From positions 365,800,001-365,864,000 of the forward strand of contig OZ024742.1 in the NCBI GenBank assembly GCA_964016885.1: DNA of 64,000 nucleotides, in the 5' to 3' direction. Position numbers and translations under genes: made by a program. Positions 57,371 through 64,000 of this stretch are shown piece after piece. Each line of letters begins with the position of its first letter. Within the stretch, counting starts at the first letter, position 1. The notes under the pieces were generated by a model. The model was not told the origin of the DNA. It saw only the letters and a list, made by a program, of their open reading frames with translations, and did no database searches. This stretch comes from Eledone cirrhosa. Taxonomy: Eukaryota.

Positions 57371-57840
57371 CACGATAAATTAACGGAGGCATAGGCCGTC
57401 GTTATTCCCTGTAAATAATGTGCTCAAAGGAGAAGAGATCCTGAGCTCTTTAAAATATAATATGTTGAGAAGGTAACACACCAGAGAGAGATATATAGTG
57501 CGTTATCAATAATACAGGGAAAAAAACCACCAGTGTATGGAATCTATAACCTATGAAAGGCAGACTATAGACACGATAATTAAAAATATAAATTAAAGCG
57601 TAAATAAATACCTCTATAACTATATAACACACGTACAAATCCAAAGATATGTTTCACCAAAAATTTGTTGAAAGAAATGGTCTAGTCTCGGTTCATCAGC
57701 GTGTGTAAGGCCATACAATTCAGACAACATTAAGAGAATTTTAAAATTGACTGTCCAGCTACACGTGGGAGAGAGAAGTCACAGCGTGTTTAAGGGCAGT
57801 GAACCAGTGGCCTCTGAGAGACGAACTGCTAGAAAGGGCA
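57371..57840 (-). mobile_element. 470-bp hammerhead-bearing insert (Penelope-like/retrozyme-like) flanked by ~50-bp direct repeats
   Basis: Complex sequence bounded by near-identical TATATGTTAGTCTGTTGTATATATGAGTGTAT(AT)n at about 57320-57370 and 57841-57895 (TSD-like). It contains a canonical hammerhead on the minus strand and no recognisable protein. Confidence 0.6.
57627..57706 (-). ncRNA. Type I hammerhead ribozyme, canonical core
   Basis: Minus strand reads ACACACG (stem I) - CTGATGA - ACCGAGA...TTTTGGT (stem II) - GAAA - CATATCTTTGGATTTG (stem III, one T-T mismatch) - TA - CGTGTGT (stem I'). GTA triplet, predicted cut between 57634 and 57633. Confidence 0.85.
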
Positions 57841-57880
57841 ATATGTGTATATGTTAGTCTGTTGTATATATGAGTGTATG

Positions 57881-57911
<31 letters not shown>

Positions 57912-58039
57912 AAGAATGTTTTCGAAACAGCGAGCGGGTTTGAAATTATTATAAATGTAAGCTATCGCCGTATTTTGACTAAAGAAATTAAAGAAATTAT
58001 TTAGCCTGGTAGGGGTGTTAAGAACCCTCGGAGAAATGG

Positions 58040-58044
58040 AAAAA
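58040..58044 (-). terminator. Candidate Pol III terminator (T5) downstream of the tRNA-like unit
   Basis: TTTTT on the minus strand about 10 nt after the cloverleaf 3' end. Confidence 0.45.
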
Positions 58045-58053
58045 GATGAGTAT

Positions 58054-58125
58054 TGACGTACATGGGAGTCGAACCCACATCTTTGGTTATCCAGACCACT
58101 GTGCTACCATTTACACGAACACATG
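58054..58125 (-). pseudogene. tRNA-like cloverleaf (tRNA-derived Pol III unit or pseudogene; nominal anticodon GGA)
   Basis: Acceptor CATGTGT/GTACGTC (6 of 7 pairs including G-U), D-arm GTGT-AAATGGTA-GCAC, anticodon arm TGGT-CTGGATA-ACCA, T-arm GTGGG-TTCGACT-CCCAT (B box GGTTCGACTCC). The short variable loop and T37 are atypical for a true tRNA-Ser. Confidence 0.7.
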
Positions 58126-58215
58126 TGTTGGTGTAAATGGTAGGGTTCTTAACACCCCTACCAGGCTAAATAATTTCTTTAATTTCTTTAGTCAAAATAC
58201 GGCGATAGCTTACAT

Positions 58216-58220
<5 letters not shown>

Positions 58221-58295
<75 letters not shown>

Positions 58296-58722
58296 GGGGG
58301 GGGTTGTGAGAGAGTGTACCTATATGGGGGTGTTTCTGTGTCTACGTGTGTCTGTATGTGTCTGTGTGCGTCTCTGTCTACGTATGTATATGTGTGTGAC
58401 TATGTATCTGTGTCTATGTATGCGTGTGCGTGTGTTTCTATGTCTGTGTGTGTTTATGTATATGTCTATATCCGTGTGTCTGTGTGTGTGTCTATGTGTG
58501 TCTATGTCTGTGTGTGTATGTGTGTGTGTCTATGTGTGTCTATGTGTCTATGTGTGTATGTGTCTATGTCTATGTGTCTAGGCATGTATCTATATGTGTC
58601 TATGTCTGTGTGTATATCTATATGTATGTATATCTATATGTATGTATGTATCTATATATGTGTCTATGTATGTATCTATATGTGTGTATGTGTCTATGTA
58701 TGTGTCTATGTCTGTGTCTATG
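58221..58722. repeat. (TA)n, (TG)n and G-run, followed by degenerate TGTGTCTA/TATG compound microsatellite
   Basis: Directly visible low-complexity tract. Confidence 0.92.
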
Positions 58723-58930
58723 TGAAGGCTGATGGCTGGAGAGTAAGGTCGTCCACCAGTCTGACCACTGTACCATGTCGCTCTCTAAAGATAGGACCAC
58801 CTAACAACTATGTAGCTCTTATGTGGAGGAGGTGAGAAAGGAGGGACAAGGAAGCTAAGAAAACTTAGAAATCTCTCATATGTCATATGAAGCACCTCTT
58901 CATATTGGCAGGCTTTATTATATTACTACT

Positions 58931-59117
58931 AAGGGCGGTGGATTGGCAGTATCGGTAGAGGGTCGGACGCCATGCTTTCCAGCATAGTTACGTCCCTTTA
59001 CGATCTGAGTACAAATCCCGCCGAGGTTGACTTTGCCTTTCATCCTTACGGGGTCGATAAAATAAAGTACCAGTAATGCACTGGGTAATTGCTGGCCTTG
59101 TGCCTAAAGTAGAAACA
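58931..59117 (+). mobile_element. tRNA-derived SINE copy 1 with 14-bp target-site duplication
   Basis: A-box TGGCAGTATCGG and B-box-like GAGTACAAATCCC. Highly similar to the copy at 60071-60259. ATTATATTACTACT occurs on both sides (58917-58930 and 59118-59131). Confidence 0.85.
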
Positions 59118-59265
59118 ATTATATTACTACTGATACTTTCTTTCTTTATACGTATGTCTGCAGCATGTGGCTGTCTGCTGTGTGTATGTGTGTGTGTGTA
59201 CATATGCTTTGTGTAATTGTATGTGTGAATGTGTACATTTGTAAGTATGTATTTGAAACAAATAT

Positions 59266-59295
59266 ATTCACGAGCATACTCTAGAATTATATATA

Positions 59296-59364
<69 letters not shown>

Positions 59365-59422
59365 TATATACACACACACACACACACACATATATATATC
59401 ATTCTAGAGTATGCTCGTGAAT
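59266..59422. repeat. Inverted repeat (22-bp unique arms) enclosing mirror-arranged (TG)n-(TA)n-(CA)n
   Basis: ATTCACGAGCATACTCTAGAAT (59266-59287) versus ATTCTAGAGTATGCTCGTGAAT (59401-59422). The interior microsatellites are also complementary. Confidence 0.85.
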
Positions 59423-59877
59423 GTATATATATATATATATATACATATATGTATATATATATTTATAAATGTGTGTGTGTGTGTGTGAGTGTGTATGTGA
59501 GTGTAATAGTGTGTTCATGTGCTTATTTATAAGTATGTACTTCAAACGTAGAAAGAATCAGAAATCTATTGTTTGGTTCTGTGTACAGGTTAATGTAGAG
59601 AGACCTATGTTGCTACTTAAACCTACGTCTACATGTGATATATGTCTCATATCAGTTCTCATGTAAATATATATTTACATACATGGATGCACACATGTAT
59701 GTATTGTTCTGAAATTCAGTAAACATGTTTTTCGTTGAATTGACATTTCTACAGTGCGGGGTTATATCTGCCTCAGTTGTGGGAAATATGGCGGCGAGGA
59801 TTTCTCCTTCTCTTCGTTGATATCCTGCTATTATCAACTGTCAATCGAATAATAATAATAAGAATAATAATAATAAT

Positions 59878-60051
59878 GGTTTCTGACTTAGGCACACGGC
59901 CAAATATTTTTAGGGGAAGGGAAAGTCGATGAAATTGACCCCAGTGTGTGACTTTATTTTATGGACTCTGTAAGGATGAAAGGTAAAGCTAACCTCAGAA
60001 TGTAAAGAGCCATAACTCTGCCGTGAAGCATGGTGTTGTTATACTGCCAAA
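59878..60051 (-). mobile_element. Degenerate SINE copy 3 (same or related family)
   Basis: Shares TAAGGATGAAAG, ACTTTATTTTAT, AAGCATGG and ATACTGCCAA blocks with copy 2. Flanked by (AAT)n at 59848-59877 and about 60050-60070. Confidence 0.7.
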
Positions 60052-60070
60052 TAATAATAATAATAATAAT

Positions 60071-60259
60071 TGTTTCTACTTTTGGCACAAGGCCAGCAAT
60101 TACTCAGTGTATTACTGGTACTTTATTTTATCGACCCCGTAAGGATGAAAAGCAAAGTTAACCTCGGCGGGATTTGAAGTCAGACCATAAAAGGCCGTAA
60201 CTCTTTGCTGCAAAGCATGGCGTCCGACCCTCTACTGATACTGCCAATCCACCGCCCTT
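60071..60259 (-). mobile_element. tRNA-derived SINE copy 2
   Basis: Reverse complement starts AAGGGCGGTGGATTGGCAGTATC like copy 1, has B-box-like GACTTCAAATCCC, and ends CCTTGTGCCAAAAGTAGAAACA followed by (ATT)n. Confidence 0.85.

Positions 60260-60264
<5 letters not shown>

Positions 60265-60312
<48 letters not shown>
60265..60312. repeat. (AAT)16 microsatellite between the LINE 3' end and SINE copy 2
   Basis: Directly visible. Confidence 0.97.
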
Positions 60313-60314
<2 letters not shown>

Positions 60315-63300
60315 TTTCTTTATTAACCACAAGGGTGTACATAAAGTAGACATTAAGGACAGTGCAGGACAATACAGGACGGTACAAATGGGCATTTCTG
60401 CGTGTAAAAAAACAAAAAAAACAGAGGGTGTAACAAAAATAACAATGAAAAATTCCCCAATAGGGGGGAGACTTCGGAGGGACATTTGTGGAGAAAGCCC
60501 AGTAAAAAGCCACAATGACCCTGACCACCAAGGCAAGTGCCCTCTCCGAGTTTTCCACCTTTAATTTACAGATATATACTCAGAGTAGGCCCATTCACTC
60601 GGGCCATTCTTGCTTCTCTCACCCATCTTTCAACAAAATGCTGGGAAAAGAGCACTTCCCTCTCTACTCTGATTTTCCTTTTCAAATGAAATTTGAAAAA
60701 GTCAATCAGAGCATCACCGAAGAGGTAAGTGCTCGTCTTCAGCGCTTTCAAACGTGTCCACCATACTATCTCTTTCGCCATGGCCACCAGAGAGATAAAA
60801 ACTGCCTGCTCTTCCCGGCTAAAGGAGGAGGGCGGGGTAATCCTCACGATGGACTCAGATGATAGCCGGATCCGTCCTAAACGCGACAGCAGGTGTTCGA
60901 CATAAACCCACAAGTCAGCAATTTTCGGACACTGGACGAGTGCGTGCAGGACGGTTTCGTCGCCCTGCGCGCATCTCGGACATGCCCGGCTGACGGCACC
61001 TCCATGCCTGTAGAGTTTATCCCGAACTGGCAAGGCTCCTCGGTAGCACTGCCAGGCCAGAGATTTCTGGAAGTTGTCCATAGGCCCTGGCCCGAAAGTT
61101 CTTCCGAAGAGATTGGCTAGTTGATTTTTGTCGACGCCTAGAGTTTCCCCAAGTACGTCGTCGCTCTTCCCCTCCACTAATCCTCTATAGAACGCCGAGG
61201 TGGAGTTTCCACCGATCACATTGCCCGATTGGTCGAGGGCTGTGAGCGCCTGAAGAGATTCCAGTCTCCAGGCGCTCCCTCTCGGTCTTCGCTTGACCCA
61301 GGACTGCAGCTCCGTCAAGGAAACGAGCTGGGGAAATAAGTGTCTAGCAAACGGCGACCACACCTGATCACAGTCGAGGAAGAGGTGAAGATGTCGTAGC
61401 CTGAGCGCGTGTCTGCTCATCATCAGCCACGGCATGCCCAGCCCTCCACGTAGCGGGTGTGACAGCAGATGGACCGCCTGACCATCGGAGCGCGTCCCTT
61501 CCACAAAAAGCTCCAGCGCAGTCAGGCGAGGCTTAGGACAAGGTACGACGGTCAGGCGGTAGCAGATAACAGACGACGCGATGTACGCGTTAGCCACCTC
61601 CGCTCGACCTTTCAGGGATAGCTTCCTCTCCGCCCATTTCTGGGTGAGAGAAGCCACCCTGCTCGTCACCTCGTCCCAGTTTTTGTCCGTCTGGAGGTCC
61701 GGACCGAACCAGACCCCTAGCAATTTAACCGGTCCGTCCGTCCAGCGTCCGACAACGCTGTTGGACGGCATGGACCTGCCTCTCCAGGTGCCGAGCTGCA
61801 GGCCCACTGACTTTTCCTGGTTGATCATTGCTCCTGTCACCGCTTCGTATTCTCTTAGTGTAGTGCCGATCGCCTCGATGTGTTTGGCGTTCGACACCAC
61901 TACGGTGACATCGTACGCATATGCTGACACGGATCTTCCGCATCCTAGTTCGCGCGGGACGCCCCTCAACGTCTCCAGTTTGTGCAGTAATGGCTCGAGA
62001 GTCAATACGTACAAGAGGGACGAGAGGGGACATCCTTGGCGGACCGAGCGCATGATGTTGAACGGTTCCGACAGGTGACCGTTCACTCTCACCACAGAGC
62101 AGATGTCGCTGTGCATGGCAGCGATCGAGCCTCTGAAGACGGGCCCAAAGCCAGCCGCCCTCAGGACTGCCGCTAGGTAACGATGGTCGACCCTATCGAA
62201 AGCTTTCGACTGATCTAAATTGATCAAGGACCCACCCGTGCCAGGTTCCCTAGCTACCCTCTCTACGATGTATCGCATGAGGTGGAGGTTGTCGTGGATG
62301 GTTCTGTCGGGAATGGCACATGTCTGCGCCTCTCCCACCAGACCACCAACGACAAGCGCCAACCTCTTTGCTAGCACCTTGGCCAAAATCTTGAACTCTG
62401 TGTTTAGCAGAGTTATGGGCCGGAAATGATCTATGTTATCCCCCTTGTTCGGATCCTTTCTCAGCAGTCCCACCGCTCCTCGGCTCACAGAACTGGGAAT
62501 TCTCCCGTTCTGTTGCCAGTTGCAGTAGACGTCCGCCAAGAGGCCTCCGAACAAGTCTGGCATCTGTACGTAAAGTTCATAGGGCAGACCATCCAAACCA
62601 GGCGATTTACCCCTTGTGCAGCCAGTCATTGTCTCCCTTACTTCAGCGGCTGTTATCGGCTTTTCGCAACACTTCGCCTCAGTGGCCGAGAGCCGCGGCA
62701 GTCCGTCGAGGTAGACACTAAAGTCCATCCCTCGACCCGGCCCACCGCTGCCCCCGAACAGCTGAGCGAAGTGTCGCTGAAAAGCTTCACACATTTGCCC
62801 GGGATCGAGTATCATGCGCCCATCGTGGTCCACCAAAGACCGGATCGTGGTTTGTTGCCACGACGCGCCTCCGCCACTCGGGCCCATTGAACAGCTTTCG
62901 TCCCCTCGTGTCTGAGAGCACGTACCCTTGCTCTGACAACGCAGCCTTCGTGCTTTGCATTGAAGAATTGGTCAAGGGCCAATTTCGCCGCAAGCACGTC
63001 GGTCGCAATGCCTTTGCTAAGCGCCTCGTCTAATTTTCTAACTAGTTCTCCCTCTGCTCTATTTTTCTCTATTGCTAAAGCCTTACTAAACCTAATGGAT
63101 TCTATTCTAATCGCTCTTTTCAGAGCAAACCACCACTTGTTGTTGACGATGGCCCCCGTCAACGCCCGCTTAACTAGTTCGCTAATCCGGTCTCTGTAGG
63201 CCTTGCGCGCTGGTAAGGACGCGTTTAGCTTCCAGTAGCCGGGTCCTCGTCTATGAAGCCTATCTAAGTCAAGCACACAGATCACGAATTTGTGGTCCGT

Positions 63301-64000
63301 GTAGCTGATTATCTTGAATTGTGGACAGCCTATGCTACACCTATCTATTTCCCTACAAAATACTCTATCTAGATATGATCTGGATGACGCTATGCGATTT
63401 GTCCAAGTCCACATTGGCACATTCGGGAAATCCAATCGGTACCTGTGAGACAGTTCAAAACGCCTGAGCAGGTTGGTAAGGCTCTTGCACCCTCCACCCC
63501 TATCCGCTAATCCCACACAGTCCCAGCGTGCATCTAAGATCCCGTTCCAGTCGCCCACTAACACTAAAGAGCGGGACGTTCCAAGAAAGGTCTCCAGACG
63601 CCGGAAGAAATCAGGCCGCCCTGCTCCTGTCGGGGCATAGACGGCCACTAGCCTGAAAGCTTGCCCGTCTCCGCTGGTCACGTCCAGCACCACCAGCTTA
63701 TCCTCTGGGTCCAGGAGGATGGCTCGTATGGCGAGATCCAAACCTCTCCGAAAAAGCACAGCAACTCCTCCCCCCAATCCAGGACGGCTGGGAGATGCGT
63801 ACACATCGTAGCCGCCGAAGATCGGTGCGAAGGCCCGTGCTTCGGAGATTCTGGTCTGGCCACTACATCTATGTTTAGTGACCTGAGGTCGTTGAGCAGG
63901 TGACCCTGCTTCCATGACGACCCCAAGCCACGCGCATTTATGCTGCCTATTCTGAGTGAGGTCATGTTTAAAATAGAGTGGAAAAGATGGGAAAGACCAC
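60313..64000 (-). mobile_element. Non-LTR retrotransposon, Tx1/L1 clade (ORF2 and 3' UTR; 5' part outside the window)
   Basis: GC-richer segment encoding APE endonuclease, reverse transcriptase and C-terminal Cys/His motifs. The 3' UTR has AATAAA (60319-60324, minus strand) and abuts (ATT)n. Confidence 0.93.
60566..63965 (-). pseudogene. Disrupted LINE ORF2 (APE endonuclease - reverse transcriptase - zinc-finger-like C terminus)
   Basis: APE motifs SINARG, AVYAP, LVGDWNG, TWTN, YLDRVF, TDH. RT motifs KSPGLDGLP, FRPITLLNTEFKILAK, LDQSKAFDRVDH, VRQGCPLS, YAYD (for YADD), LLGVWFG. C-terminal CPRC..ETVLHALVQC. Frameshifts at about 63860 and 62850, plus a compensating pair at about 61512/61461. 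Confidence 0.92.

Larger units (their letters stand above)
57947..58223. mobile_element. Fold-back/MITE-like element with 82-bp perfect terminal inverted repeats enclosing a tRNA-like unit
   Basis: 57947-58028 is the reverse complement of 58142-58223. There is an internal 40-bp palindrome at 58104-58143 with one mismatch. The right end runs into (TA)n. Confidence 0.8.

Noticed and set aside
58054-58125. Functional tRNA-Ser(GGA)
   Set aside because: It has a C1-C72 mismatch, T at position 37 and no long variable arm, G34 Ser anticodons are atypical in eukaryotes, and it lies inside a repeat element.
56115-60564. ORFs rich in YI/CV/HT/poly-N/poly-L/poly-I
   Set aside because: They are translations of (TA)n, (TG)n and (AAT)n microsatellites.
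60515-63903. Plus-strand ORFs within the LINE
   Set aside because: They are antisense shadows of the GC-rich ORF2 with no independent motifs.

Overview
AT-rich eukaryotic (metazoan) genomic DNA. The tRNA-headed SINEs and dense (TA)n/(TG)n/(AAT)n tracts suggest a cephalopod such as Octopus; this is an inference from recalled repeat style, not a search result. Bases 1-54437 are one uninterrupted satellite array of about 2,000 monomers: a 25-bp unit TGTCAGAAAACTATATTCCATATAT interleaved with a 28-bp TGT-extended unit. The array has linked variants, alternating compositional domains and nested higher-order duplications from about 0.5 kb to 31 kb. All ORFs over it are artefacts of the repeat. The last 9.5 kb holds possible spliced exons and two type I hammerhead ribozymes in short non-coding inserts (Penelope/retrozyme-like), one with a U3-A8 covariant core and a palindromic stem III. 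It also holds three different fold-back elements, one enclosing a tRNA-like Pol III unit. Finally there are three SINE copies and a decayed Tx1/L1-clade LINE ORF2; the SINEs and LINE share a 3' signature and sit in ATT-type repeats.
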